A model generated the notes under the pieces. That model was given only the letters and a program-made list of their open reading frames with translations. It searched no databases and was not told the DNA's origin. From positions 1 to 44,308 of the forward strand of contig CAZLUL010000001.1 of NCBI GenBank assembly GCA_964562635.1: 44,308 nucleotides of DNA, written 5' to 3'. The stretch comes from an uncultured Fibrobacteraceae bacterium (lineage in GTDB: Bacteria > Krumholzibacteriota > Krumholzibacteriia > LZORAL124-64-63). Below are positions 27,545-37,646 of the stretch, piece after piece. Every line of letters starts with the position of its first letter. Positions within the stretch are counted from its first letter, which is position 1. A program made the translations under genes and the position numbers.

Positions 27545-29136
27545 AGCCCCATTCCCGATTCGTCACCCACCGCAGGGGTGCGTTTGCGTTCCCACGTATA
27601 GATGCTCACACCTGGCGCCGTATCTTCCAACCGCAAATGCCCGACTCGGGACAACGCCTGCATCAGATGCCCTTCCGGATCGAGGTACCACTGGCGGGCC
27701 AGAACCACCCGGCAAAAATCGTGACCGCCGAGGGTTTCGGCAACAAAGAGACTGGCTGCCGCCCGGTCCCGCAGCGGCGCCTGTCCATAACTGTTCAGCA
27801 GAACATGCTCGCCGCGATCATAATAGCCAAAGACCGCCGTGACGACCGGTACGAGCACGACGCGTCCCGGGGGTTGCGCTTCGCCAATTAAAACTGCCGC
27901 CTGCCGCAGATCCGCCTTGGCATATTTCTCCTGCCCATAGTAGCCCCCAAGGGACCACAGGGTCAATCCGGCCAAAACAGCGGTCACGACCAGGCCTGGG
28001 CCGCGAGCCAAGCGCGCCAGCCCCGCGCCGGCCATGAGCACCAGCCAGGGCAGCACCACCGCGACATAGCGGGCATTCCAGGGTTTGACATTGCGCAGGG
28101 CCAGGATCACCAGCAATAGCGCAGGCACCAGTACCCACACCAGAAGCGCCACCCGCCGCCGATCCATGCGGCCCAGGCTACCGAGCAACGCCACCCCCAC
28201 CGCGCCAGCCCCGAGGGTTAGCACTGGCCAGTAGCCCAGCAGAACCGCCATCCGGTCGGGTTGGTGCAGTTCGCGCAACGAAGGACCCAAACTGTAGCCA
28301 AAAAAGAAGGTGTAGATCGCGTAGGGCAAGGCCGCGAGGGAAAAAGTCGTTTCACCCCGCAGGGCTTCGCCGGTCCCAGCGCCGGGCACAATGCGGTCGA
28401 CTGCCCAGATTCCCGAGGCCTTCAAAAGCCAGGGCGCCACCAGCACACCGGCCAGGCCGAAGGCCAAGAGCCACCACCCCCAACCCGCCCGCCGTTCGGG
28501 TCGATGCACAAGTATCACGGTCAAGGCCATGGCCAAGAGGAGAAACACGCCGGACATATTGCTCAGGACCATCGCGGCCCCTGCCACGGCAAAGGCCACC
28601 GCCCACCCAGGAGACGGGCCCCGCCTGACCATGGCCAGATAGATCAAGGCCGTGACGATCGCCAGCAACATCAGGAAGGCATAACCACGGGCTTCCTGAC
28701 TGTACCAGATATGAAAGGGATTCAACGCGAACAGCAGCAGGGCCAGGCGCGCACCGCGACCCCCGAGGGTGCGAAAAGCCAACCAGCCAAAAAGCGGCAC
28801 CGCCAGGATGCCGGCCACCACCGCGGGCAGGCGCATCATCAGGGCCGAGTCCTGCAGGTGCACCAGCGGCCAGATCGCCGCCAGATACAACGGCCCCTGT
28901 ATCGAATCGCCAACCTGCACCCAGAACCCCAGCCCACTGCCGGGCCGAATGGCTTGCCAGGTGAGCAGTTCGTCAATCCACAGGGATTGCCCGGTCAGTT
29001 CGAGCAGGCGCAACGCCCCACCGACCAGAGTCATCGCCAGCAGAAAGGTCCAACCGAAATTCCTGTCTTCCAGCCGCGGCGGGTGCAGCCAGTGGGATTG
29101 CGGCACGAAGGAAGGCGCCTGATCATTCTGGGGCAT
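27541..29136 (-). CDS. Integral-membrane glycosyltransferase, GT39/ArnT-PMT_2-like
   Basis: 531 aa, polytopic (more than 10 hydrophobic segments). An N-terminal loop reads LRLLELTGQSLWIDELLTW, typical of PMT_2/ArnT-like enzymes. The C-terminal domain is soluble. Confidence 0.78.
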   Translation of the reverse strand: MPQNDQAPSFVPQSHWLHPPRLEDRNFGWTFLLAMTLVGGALRLLELTGQSLWIDELLTWQAIRPGSGLGFWVQVGDSIQGPLYLAAIWPLVHLQDSALMMRLPAVVAGILAVPLFGWLAFRTLGGRGARLALLLFALNPFHIWYSQEARGYAFLMLLAIVTALIYLAMVRRGPSPGWAVAFAVAGAAMVLSNMSGVFLLLAMALTVILVHRPERRAGWGWWLLAFGLAGVLVAPWLLKASGIWAVDRIVPGAGTGEALRGETTFSLAALPYAIYTFFFGYSLGPSLRELHQPDRMAVLLGYWPVLTLGAGAVGVALLGSLGRMDRRRVALLVWVLVPALLLVILALRNVKPWNARYVAVVLPWLVLMAGAGLARLARGPGLVVTAVLAGLTLWSLGGYYGQEKYAKADLRQAAVLIGEAQPPGRVVLVPVVTAVFGYYDRGEHVLLNSYGQAPLRDRAAASLFVAETLGGHDFCRVVLARQWYLDPEGHLMQALSRVGHLRLEDTAPGVSIYTWERKRTPAVGDESGMGL

Positions 29137-29169
29137 GGAGCAATTCTCCTGCTGCCGCGCGGGCAGTGG

Positions 29170-29976
29170 TCAGCGAGTAAACGCGGGGCGTTCCCGCAGG
29201 GGTTGACCGGGCTGAAAAGACTTGAGTTCAACGTCTATGGAACCCACCGGCACCTTGGTCTTGATCAAAACCGGCACCCGGTACTGGTCGTTGGTCACGT
29301 AGAGGGTGATCTTGCCCTCGTGCTTGAACAGGCCTTCGCCCTGCAGCACCGGTTCGACCACGTAACACTCGTAAGTGCCCGCCTCAACGGTGACGGTTTC
29401 GATGCCGTGCACGATCACTTGCAGATCATAGGTCTTTCGGCTGCTGTGTGCGAGCAGGGAATAGGTGTCGCCCGAGCCGAGATCCAGATTGCGCACGAAA
29501 TAGAACGCCGACAGGACATCCTGGATGCCAGTCATGATGTCGAACTCGCGACCGTCCGCGTATTTGGCCAATTCGTCCTGGTGGTCAAAACTGATTTCGA
29601 CGGTCTTCTTGTAGTCGCCTTCGCGCAGCCGCTTGTGAAAATAGCGGCTGTAGAGCATTTCGACATCCATGTAGCTGGAGATCTTGTCGCGCACCTTGAA
29701 GAAAGACGAAAAGAAACGATTGCTGTTGGCTTTGCTCTGCAGTTCGTAACAGGTGTGGCCCTGGTAGGTCGTCAACCCCACCACTTCCAGGATGGCTTCG
29801 CCGGCATTGACCGGACCGTAGGCGATCTTGAAGACCATTTTCTCACCCGGCCCAAAGACCGTTGGCGCGGGATCCAGATCCGCCGGAATCTCGGCCGCCA
29901 GAGCGCCTGCCGAAATCAGAAAAACGCCCAGGCAAACGACCAACCAGCCGGCAATAAATACCCTGGGCAATGTCAT
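29170..29976 (-). CDS. DUF3108-like exported protein
   Basis: ORF trimmed to ATG 29976 (signal peptide MTLPRVFIAGWLVVCLGVFLISAGALA). GEKMVFKIAYGPVNAGEAILEVV resembles the DUF3108 N-terminal signature. This family is often found next to LPS genes. Confidence 0.68.
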   Translation of the reverse strand: MTLPRVFIAGWLVVCLGVFLISAGALAAEIPADLDPAPTVFGPGEKMVFKIAYGPVNAGEAILEVVGLTTYQGHTCYELQSKANSNRFFSSFFKVRDKISSYMDVEMLYSRYFHKRLREGDYKKTVEISFDHQDELAKYADGREFDIMTGIQDVLSAFYFVRNLDLGSGDTYSLLAHSSRKTYDLQVIVHGIETVTVEAGTYECYVVEPVLQGEGLFKHEGKITLYVTNDQYRVPVLIKTKVPVGSIDVELKSFQPGQPLRERPAFTR

Positions 29977-30013
29977 CAAAGTTTGAATATCCCGGACCAC
30001 GACGCACTCCTTC

Positions 30014-31063
30014 TCAAATTTCGTGAATATTCGCCAACATCCGTTCAACCGATGCAATGACCATGCCGCTGTCCAGATCTGTCAGGCAGGGATGCCCCAC
30101 CACCGGGCAGATCGTCAAATCGCAGGGCGAACAGTCCACCTCATGACGTACTGCAACATGATGCGGGGTGGGCGGGTTCCATCCACCCGGATCAGTTGGG
30201 CCAAAGATAGTCACGGTCGGCACCCCCATGGCAGCCGCCAAATGCCGCGGGCCGCAGTCGGTACCCACAAACAGGACCGCCCGCGACATCACATGGGCCA
30301 ATTCGGCCAAATTCGTATTGGGGGCCACCAGTCCCTCACCCAGGCGTCCCGGCAAGGCCTCCAACAGCCACTCGTCTCCCGGGCCGGTCACCAGCACGGG
30401 GTTCACGCCGACAGCCGGCAAGTCGGCCAGCAACTTGGCCACGTGGCTGGCGGGCCATTTTTTGGCCTGCCAGGTGGCGCTCATGATCACCACCACGGGA
30501 ATGCCCGCGCGGGCAAGCCACTGCTCAACCCAGTTGCGCACTTCAGCCCGCACTGCCTCGGGGGTCTCCTCCAGCGTGCCATGGTTGGCGGCAAATCCAT
30601 CCCGCCATGGTCCCGGCTTCAAGCCGAGACTGCGCAAGGGATCCAGAAAAGCCTCGCCGGCAAATCCACGCAGCGCTGTCTCGCCTTCCAGATTGCGCGG
30701 CACCCGCACGTTGTAGGCCCAGCGTCTGCGCGGCAGATCGTAGCCAACCCGCACCGGAGCGCCAGACAAAGCCGTCCACAAAGCCGTGCGCGGATTGCCC
30801 AGCCAGTCGATCACCAGGTCGTAACGGCCCTGCCGCAAACGCCGCAACCAGGACTCGCCCTGGGGCAGCGGCCAAGAGATAACACGCACCGCCGGGGCCA
30901 GGTCCGCCAACAGTCCGGCGAAGGGGCGATCGATGACCAGATCGATCGTGGCATCGGGCCAGGCGCGAGCCACTTCCAGCACCGCTGGCATCGTCACCAG
31001 CGAATCGCCGAGGGCTTTGCGCCGGATCAGCAGGATGCGCCGAAAATCGCGCTTCGCGGTCAT
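30014..31063 (-). CDS. Glycosyltransferase family 9 (heptosyltransferase-like), paralogue a
   Basis: ILLIRRKALGDSLVTMPAV N-terminal motif. C-terminal GTDCGPRHLAAAMGVPTVTIFGPTDP followed by a CSPC cysteine motif. The ATG at 31063 overlaps the upstream stop as ATGA. Confidence 0.85.
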   Translation of the reverse strand: MTAKRDFRRILLIRRKALGDSLVTMPAVLEVARAWPDATIDLVIDRPFAGLLADLAPAVRVISWPLPQGESWLRRLRQGRYDLVIDWLGNPRTALWTALSGAPVRVGYDLPRRRWAYNVRVPRNLEGETALRGFAGEAFLDPLRSLGLKPGPWRDGFAANHGTLEETPEAVRAEVRNWVEQWLARAGIPVVVIMSATWQAKKWPASHVAKLLADLPAVGVNPVLVTGPGDEWLLEALPGRLGEGLVAPNTNLAELAHVMSRAVLFVGTDCGPRHLAAAMGVPTVTIFGPTDPGGWNPPTPHHVAVRHEVDCSPCDLTICPVVGHPCLTDLDSGMVIASVERMLANIHEI

Positions 31064-32217
31064 GGCGTCACCCCTGCTTCGGATCGAGGTTGCGACCCGA
31101 ACAACTCCCTGGCCGCCGTGGCCACTTGGGCTACCGACAATTCTGGCAAGCAGATGAAATTTCCGCACTCGTGCAGATCACATGGGTGGCAATGGGGCTT
31201 GTGCAGAAGCACGCGGTACGGCCCCATCTTTTCGTAGGGAAACCAGATTGAGGGGTCAGTCGGTCCAAAAAGCCCAAGGGTGGCAATGCCCAAGGCGACC
31301 CCCATGTGCATCACGCCGCCATCAACACTGATCAGGCCACTGGCCTGAGCCAGCAGGTTCTTGACCGCCGTCAGCTCCATACTCGGCAACACTTCAACGC
31401 GATCGGGGTGACAACCTTTGACCAGATGATTCCAGGCTGATTCGCGGCCGGGTGGCAGCAGAATTTTCAGTTTTTGTCCATTTCCCGCGGACAATTCCTG
31501 GACCAATTGCTGCCAGTGTTCGGCGGGCCATTCCTTGGCTGGCCAGGTGGCGCAAGGAGCCAATAGCCAAAAGGGATCAGCAGAATGGGTTGCCGCCGCT
31601 ACCCCCAACCGCGGTTTCAATTCACCGGGAGCAAAGTGTTCACCGAGCCAAGCCAGAAAATCCAGTCCGCTTTCCGCGTGGGTCAACGGAGCCAGGCGGC
31701 ACAAGTGCTCCCCCAGCCCGCCGGGCGCGACGGCCGCGAAGTCGGGCGCACTGGCGCCGACATCAGCCCGCAGAACCGTGTGCGTGTAGAGGCGCTGCCG
31801 CCACTTGCGGGTACCACCGATGCGCAGGGGAATGCCACTCAAGCGCAACAGCCAGGCACTGCGCGGGTTGAAAAACAGATCCACCGCCAGATCGTATTTG
31901 GCCCGCCGCAACTGAGCAATCATGGCCATGGTGCCCACCGCTTGAGCCTGGGTTGCGGCACCAGAACTTTGTTCGTGCCCCCGGGCAGCAGAGTCCGCAC
32001 CGCGACGGGCCACCCCCAGCAGATGCACCTGCGCAAGGTGCGGGTGATCCGCCAGGACAATACCGTGGGCCTGCTCGGCCAAATAGCCCAAGCGCAACTG
32101 CGGATCACCGGCCTTCAAGGCCTCGCAGAGCACAGTCGACATGGCCACGTCTCCGAGATAACGCAAACGGGTCAATAGCACCGAACGGATCAGTTTTTTG
32201 CCCACCAGCCAGGTCAT
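31060..32217 (-). CDS. Glycosyltransferase family 9 (heptosyltransferase-like), paralogue b
   Basis: LTRLRYLGDVAMSTVLCEAL N-terminal motif. C-terminal VDGGVMHMGVALGIATLGLFGPTDP and CHPC. ATGA overlap with the gmhB stop. Confidence 0.85.
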   Translation of the reverse strand: MTWLVGKKLIRSVLLTRLRYLGDVAMSTVLCEALKAGDPQLRLGYLAEQAHGIVLADHPHLAQVHLLGVARRGADSAARGHEQSSGAATQAQAVGTMAMIAQLRRAKYDLAVDLFFNPRSAWLLRLSGIPLRIGGTRKWRQRLYTHTVLRADVGASAPDFAAVAPGGLGEHLCRLAPLTHAESGLDFLAWLGEHFAPGELKPRLGVAAATHSADPFWLLAPCATWPAKEWPAEHWQQLVQELSAGNGQKLKILLPPGRESAWNHLVKGCHPDRVEVLPSMELTAVKNLLAQASGLISVDGGVMHMGVALGIATLGLFGPTDPSIWFPYEKMGPYRVLLHKPHCHPCDLHECGNFICLPELSVAQVATAARELFGSQPRSEAGVTP

Positions 32218-32834
32218 GAATTTCCTGCTCCGGAATTGCCGTCATCAATGGCCAGAATCAAATCCACTGCCGCCGCCAGATCATCGGCGACCAACACCCG
32301 CTGCGCTGCGGTCAATCCGCTCACCACTTTGGCTTCCTGCTGCGCGCCATACCCGGTGCGCACCAAAATGCTGCCCAGGCCCGCTGCCTGCCCCAACCCC
32401 ACGTCGCTCGACTTGTCGCCGATAACCCAGGAACGGGCCGTATCCCAGGCAAAAAACGCCGCCGCTTCGGTCAACATGCCGGTCAGGGGTTTGCGGCATT
32501 GACAATTGTCTGAGGGAGCGTGCGGGCAATAGAAAAAACCGTCAAAAGCGGCGCCCTCGGCGGCCAGATCCGCAACGATCCGTTGCATGACAGCTTCGAA
32601 ATCGGTCTGTGAAAAATATCCGCGACCAAGTCCAGACTGATTCGAAACACCGACCAGCACATAGCCCGCTTGTTTTGCGCGCACCATGGCCTGCGCCACC
32701 CCGGGCAATAACTGCACCTGCGCCGGGTCCGCCAAGTAGTCCCGATCACTGATCACCACGCCGTCGCGGTCCAGGAACAGCGCCGGGCTTTGCGAAACCG
32801 CCGGTGGGGTCAGCTTGGTATTCCAGTTGGCCAT
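32214..32834 (-). CDS. gmhB: D-glycero-D-manno-heptose 1,7-bisphosphate phosphatase (HAD family)
   Basis: HAD motif I FLDRDGVV. GVSNQSGLGRGYF. Zinc-binding YCPHAPSDNCQCRKP, typical of GmhB. GDKSSD motif. Confidence 0.87.
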   Translation of the reverse strand: MANWNTKLTPPAVSQSPALFLDRDGVVISDRDYLADPAQVQLLPGVAQAMVRAKQAGYVLVGVSNQSGLGRGYFSQTDFEAVMQRIVADLAAEGAAFDGFFYCPHAPSDNCQCRKPLTGMLTEAAAFFAWDTARSWVIGDKSSDVGLGQAAGLGSILVRTGYGAQQEAKVVSGLTAAQRVLVADDLAAAVDLILAIDDGNSGAGNS

Positions 32835-33967
32835 CAGGCTCCCTCCCCTTCGGCATGAGACTGGGCTGCGAGCGACTGCACCTGCTCCAGGACGGTCTCG
32901 GCGGCCACTTCCGCCAAACAGAAACGCGCCTGATTGCAGGTCTTGCGGTAGCAGGGCCGGCAGGCAAACCCCTCGGCCACCACGGCACTTGTGCGCGCGC
33001 CCAACGGGTGGGTCCAGTCCGGATTCGAAGAACCAAAGATGCCCACGGTGGGCAACCCAAGGGCGCCGGCCAAATGCATCAAGCCACTGTCGTTGCCAAT
33101 GAACGCCGCCGCTGACTTCATGATCTGCACGACCTGCAACAGGTCCGTGCGGCCGGTCAGGTCCACCACATCACCGGCCTCGTCCAGTTCACTAGTCCAG
33201 TGCAAGTCGGAAGCCTGCCGCATCTCCGCCACAAAAGCCACCACATGCTGATCTCCTACCAAGACCACCCGCGCGCCCGCATTTTTGTGCGCCAACGCCA
33301 GAAATTCGCTCATGCGTTCCCGCGGCCAGGTTTTGGCTTCGCCATAGGTGGTGCCCGGCGCCACGACCCAGACAGGCTCCTGGCCAGGTGTCATCGCCGG
33401 CACGCCGGCACAGCCAGGCAGAGACGGCAAAGGGCAACCGGCCTCCGGCAATGTTGGTGCCGGGATCAGCAGGCTTTCCAAAACAGCGAGGCCCAATTCG
33501 AGCATTTCAAAACTGTAGTGGCGGCTGCCGCGGGGTCCGCGGGCCAATCCTGGCTTCAGCAACAGGCCCCGGCCGTCGGTGGCGTGGCCGACCCGCAGGG
33601 AAATCCCGGCCAACGCGGCGGCCAACCCGGCGCGCAAACTGGGCGGGCACAGCACAATGGCGTCATAGTGCCCCTGCTTCATATCGCCAGCCTGTCGCCA
33701 GATGCCGCCTACTCCGGCGTGCCGCTGCTCGCGATCGATGATCAACATATCCTCGATGCGGGGATCGTCAGCGAACAGCACCGACCACGGACGTCGCACC
33801 GCCAGATGCAGGGTCGGGCGCTCGGCTGCCGGCAGGGCCGCAAAAGCCTGGGCCAAAAAGTCAATCAGGGGAGTGGTCATGATCACATCACCCAGCCAAT
33901 TGGGCAGATGCACCAGGACCCGGCGGGCCGGATTTGTGGCTTGAGCTGTGATCTGGGGGTTACTCAT
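32834..33967 (-). CDS. Glycosyltransferase family 9, WaaF/RfaF-like heptosyltransferase, paralogue c
   Basis: RVLVHLPNWLGDVIMTTPLIDFL N-terminal motif. C-terminal GNDSGLMHLAGALGLPTVGIFGSSNP and CRPC. The stop overlaps the gmhB ATG by 1 nt. Confidence 0.85.
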   Translation of the reverse strand: MSNPQITAQATNPARRVLVHLPNWLGDVIMTTPLIDFLAQAFAALPAAERPTLHLAVRRPWSVLFADDPRIEDMLIIDREQRHAGVGGIWRQAGDMKQGHYDAIVLCPPSLRAGLAAALAGISLRVGHATDGRGLLLKPGLARGPRGSRHYSFEMLELGLAVLESLLIPAPTLPEAGCPLPSLPGCAGVPAMTPGQEPVWVVAPGTTYGEAKTWPRERMSEFLALAHKNAGARVVLVGDQHVVAFVAEMRQASDLHWTSELDEAGDVVDLTGRTDLLQVVQIMKSAAAFIGNDSGLMHLAGALGLPTVGIFGSSNPDWTHPLGARTSAVVAEGFACRPCYRKTCNQARFCLAEVAAETVLEQVQSLAAQSHAEGEGA

Positions 33968-35156
33968 TACCCTGATCGGGGGCAGTGGTGGTTCCGTCCG
34001 TATCCTGGCTCTCGACCGGATCCAGCGGTTCGCCCGCCGCCGCCTCTGCCACTGCTTCGGCCGACATCACGGTCGAAGCGGTACTGGTGCGCCCTTCGGT
34101 GACCGCCTCCACCGCTTCCATCAAGGTCTCGATATCGACTTTTTCGCCCTTGGTGATGGGAATCACCCGGGCCCGAGGCCGGTCCGTAGGAATCCACTCG
34201 ACGCCGTCGTTCTTGCCGAACAATCCAATGGCGGGAATGCCCAGAGCCACCGCGAAATGGAAAAAGTCCGTATTGCCACTGATGTACAGATCGCACTGGG
34301 AAAGCAGGAGGATCATCTCCAGCAAAGTCTCGCGTTCGAGACCGACAGGCACCTCGGACAGGCGGGTTTCGAATTTATCCAGACGCTCGTTGTCGGTCGG
34401 GTCGCCCAGCGGCAGCACCTTGCAAACCAGCTGGCTGGTCAGCTGCCGCACCAGGAACTGCAGGTTATCCAGCGCAAAGGCGTGCCCCGTTTTGCCCACC
34501 CCCGGGTCGACGCCAATGAGCATCTGGTCGGGATTGGGCTTGTGGAAGTGCACTTGCTGGGCCATCTGCCGGACCTTGTCCATCGGTAGCGGCCAGCGGG
34601 CGTTCATTTCTTCAGGACCGAAGCCCAGGAACGGCGCCGCCCGGCGCAAGCGATCGCCACGATATCCGGCCGCAGTGCCGGCACCGGCGCGCATCTCGAA
34701 GTTGATGGCAGGCCAGGCGTCACTGTGGCTGGGTCCGTATCGGAAGTTGGCCCCACTGGCGAGAGCAGCCAACTCCAGGCGCGGACGGGGCTCATAGGAC
34801 ATGACCAGAGCCACGTCGTATTTGCCGGCACTCAGTTTGCGCAGCATCGAACTGAAGGAGGGACGCCAGGGGTTCAACTGGCCATCCTTGTAGATGATGC
34901 ACTGCCGCGCCAAACCGCTGGGCACAATCAGCGGCGCGTGTTTCTCGGGCAACAGGAAGTCCATCTTGGAACCGGGAAAACGACGGCGGATTGCCGTCAG
35001 CAGCGGAATATGAAACAGCACATCACTCAGGTCACCCGGATCGATGCAGAGAATCCGGGAATCCTCCCGGAACGCTCCGGGCACGGTGAATGACGACTCC
35101 TCTCCCTTGCGAAAGAAAGGCCGCATCAGCGAACTGATAAGCTTGTGCTCAGTCAA
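33960..35156 (-). CDS. Divergent glycosyltransferase family 9-like protein, paralogue d
   Basis: ILCIDPGDLSDVLFHIPLLTAIRRRF and GNTDFFHFAVALGIPAIGLFGKND resemble the GT9 motifs. It lacks the CxPC motif of the other three paralogues and ends in an acidic Thr/Ala-rich tail. The TTG start has AGGAGGG upstream, overlapping the lon stop. Confidence 0.72.
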   Translation of the reverse strand: MTEHKLISSLMRPFFRKGEESSFTVPGAFREDSRILCIDPGDLSDVLFHIPLLTAIRRRFPGSKMDFLLPEKHAPLIVPSGLARQCIIYKDGQLNPWRPSFSSMLRKLSAGKYDVALVMSYEPRPRLELAALASGANFRYGPSHSDAWPAINFEMRAGAGTAAGYRGDRLRRAAPFLGFGPEEMNARWPLPMDKVRQMAQQVHFHKPNPDQMLIGVDPGVGKTGHAFALDNLQFLVRQLTSQLVCKVLPLGDPTDNERLDKFETRLSEVPVGLERETLLEMILLLSQCDLYISGNTDFFHFAVALGIPAIGLFGKNDGVEWIPTDRPRARVIPITKGEKVDIETLMEAVEAVTEGRTSTASTVMSAEAVAEAAAGEPLDPVESQDTDGTTTAPDQGNE

Positions 35157-35165
35157 CGCGCCCTC

Positions 35166-37547
35166 CTACTCGAACACGTCGGGCAGGATGGTGTCCCAAA
35201 CCTGATCCACATGGCTGACCGGAATGAACTCGATGGCCTCGCGCACCTCGTCGGGAATGTCATCGAGATCGACCTCGTTGGTGGCCGGCAGAATGATGCG
35301 TTTGATGCCCACCCGATGGGCCGCCAAAACCTTGTCGGTCAGACCGCCGATGGGCAATACCGCGCCCGTCAGGGTGATCTCACCAGTCATCGCCGTGCGC
35401 CGATCGATGGCCTTGTTCACCATCAACGAAAGCAGGACACTGGCCATGGCAATGCCGGCACTGGGGCCATCCTTGGGCACCGCGCCAGCCGGCAGATGGA
35501 TGTGGACATCCCGCTTGGTGAAGAAGTCGTCGTATTTTTCGTTGGCTCCGAAGCGATTGCGCAGGTAGCTGTAGGCCGCCGAGGCGGACTCCTGCATCAC
35601 GCTGCCCACCTGTCCCGTCAGCTTCAGTATTCCTCGTCCACCGGGCAGGCTCAAGCCTTCGATGTAGAGGATTTTGCCGCCAACCTGGGTCCAGGCCAGC
35701 CCCGTGCACACGCCAGCTTTCACGTGACGCCGCAAGCGCTGACCCGAATAGCTCGGAGGCCCGAGGTAATCTTCCAGATTTCTGGCGCCAATGGTCTGCT
35801 TCTTCTTTTTCCCTTTGGCGACCTTGGTGGCGACCTTGCGGCAGACACCGCCGATTTCCCGTTCGAGATTTCGCACGCCCGCTTCCCGGGTGTGGTCCTC
35901 GATGATCTTCATCAAACCCGCATCGGTGATGCGGATGAACTTGCTGCTCAAACCGTTGGCCTCGATCTGGCGTGGTGCCAGGTAGCGCTTGGCGATCTGC
36001 AGCTTTTCCAGGTTGGTGTACCCGGACAACTGGATGATCTCCATGCGGTCCAGCAACGGACGCGGAATCGTATCGAGCATGTTGGCTGTAGTGATGAACA
36101 TCACCTTGGACAAATCGAAGGGCAGCGTCAGGTAGTGATCGGTGAAGTTCGAGTTCTGCTCGGGATCCAATACTTCCAGCAACGCACTGGCGGGGTCACC
36201 CCGGAAGTCCTGCCCCAGCTTATCGATTTCGTCGAGCATGAGCACGGGGTTGTTGGTGCCGCACTCCTTGATGCCAGCGATGATACGGCCCGGCATCGAG
36301 CCCACATAGGTGCGCCGGTGGCCACGAATCTCGGCCTCGTCGCGCATGCCACCGAGGGAGAACCGGAAGAACTTGCGCCCCACCGCCTCGGCAATGCTGC
36401 GGCCCAGGGAAGTCTTACCCACGCCCGGAGGTCCGACCAGACACAGAATCGGTCCCCGGTGATCGTCCTTCAGCTTGCGGACGGCCAGGTATTCAATAAT
36501 GCGTTCCTTGACGTCCTCCAGGCCGTAGTGATCGCGTTCCAGGATCTCCTGAGCGTTTTTCAAATTCAGCTTGTCGTCACTGCTCTCGGTCCAGGGCAGA
36601 TCCAGGATCCAGTCCAGGTAGGTTTTGCTGACGGTGTATTCGCTGGCCCCGGGCGACATGCGCACCAGGCGATCGTATTCGCGATTGGCGGCGGCCAACA
36701 CGTTCTCGGGCAGCTCGGCCTCGTCAATACGTTCGCGCAGGTCGTCGATCTCGACTGACCCTTCTTCCACATCGCCCAACTCACGCTGGATGGCCTTCAA
36801 CTGCTGGCGCAGATAATACTCCCGTTGGTCCTTGTCGATGGACTTGCGCACCCGCGTCTGGAGCTTCTGCCCCAGTTCCAAAACATCCAGCTCTCGCATG
36901 ACGATCTTGGAGAGCATCTGCAGGCGCTTGCGCGGCGAGCGCTCTTCCAGAATCAGTTGCTTCTCGGCCACCTCGATATCCATGTTGGTGGCAATCAGGT
37001 CGGCCAGGCGACCCGGGTCGTCGATGTTCATCACGACAACCTTGAGTTCGTCCGACAAGGTCTCGCTGGCGTCGACGATCTTCAGGAAATTGTTGGCCAC
37101 GCCCCGCATGTAGGCCAGGGTGCGGCTATCGTCCTGGATATCTTCTTCGAGCAGGGCAATGCGCGCGCGCATATACGGGTCGTCGCTGAGAAATTTTTCA
37201 ATCCGGCAACGGGCAATACCCTGCCCCAACAGGCGCATGCTGCCATCTGGAAAGCGCAGCATCTTCTGGATCTTGACCGCCGTGCCCACCCGGTAGATGA
37301 GGTCGCGATCGTCCAGATCCTCTTCTTCGTCGGCTTCCAGATCCCGCTGCGAAAAAGCGCCCAGAATCTTGTCGCCGGCCAGGCAGTCGTCCGCCAGGCG
37401 CACCAGGTTGGTATCGCTCAAAACCAGCGGCACCATCATGGCCGGAAAAATGACTGCTTCGCTGATCGGCAGAATGGGCATGTCGCTGGGCAGGTGTATT
37501 TCTCCCGCGTGGTCCAGATCCATGAGATCCCGTTCGTTGTCCGCCAT
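35166..37547 (-). CDS. lon: ATP-dependent Lon protease (LonA)
   Basis: 793 aa with a Lon N-domain (ILPISEAVIFPAMMVPL), Walker A GPPGVGKTS and protease-domain PKDGPSAG with the catalytic Ser. GGAAGGAG SD lies upstream. Confidence 0.95.
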   Translation of the reverse strand: MADNERDLMDLDHAGEIHLPSDMPILPISEAVIFPAMMVPLVLSDTNLVRLADDCLAGDKILGAFSQRDLEADEEEDLDDRDLIYRVGTAVKIQKMLRFPDGSMRLLGQGIARCRIEKFLSDDPYMRARIALLEEDIQDDSRTLAYMRGVANNFLKIVDASETLSDELKVVVMNIDDPGRLADLIATNMDIEVAEKQLILEERSPRKRLQMLSKIVMRELDVLELGQKLQTRVRKSIDKDQREYYLRQQLKAIQRELGDVEEGSVEIDDLRERIDEAELPENVLAAANREYDRLVRMSPGASEYTVSKTYLDWILDLPWTESSDDKLNLKNAQEILERDHYGLEDVKERIIEYLAVRKLKDDHRGPILCLVGPPGVGKTSLGRSIAEAVGRKFFRFSLGGMRDEAEIRGHRRTYVGSMPGRIIAGIKECGTNNPVLMLDEIDKLGQDFRGDPASALLEVLDPEQNSNFTDHYLTLPFDLSKVMFITTANMLDTIPRPLLDRMEIIQLSGYTNLEKLQIAKRYLAPRQIEANGLSSKFIRITDAGLMKIIEDHTREAGVRNLEREIGGVCRKVATKVAKGKKKKQTIGARNLEDYLGPPSYSGQRLRRHVKAGVCTGLAWTQVGGKILYIEGLSLPGGRGILKLTGQVGSVMQESASAAYSYLRNRFGANEKYDDFFTKRDVHIHLPAGAVPKDGPSAGIAMASVLLSLMVNKAIDRRTAMTGEITLTGAVLPIGGLTDKVLAAHRVGIKRIILPATNEVDLDDIPDEVREAIEFIPVSHVDQVWDTILPDVFE

Positions 37548-37646
37548 GTGGTCCAGCTCCTTCCAGATTGTCTTTCGAAATCCCCGAGCAGGATCTCCGA
37601 TCCCGCTTCCCCGTCATTCTCAGGCCCTGATTCGGACCAGCGCGCT

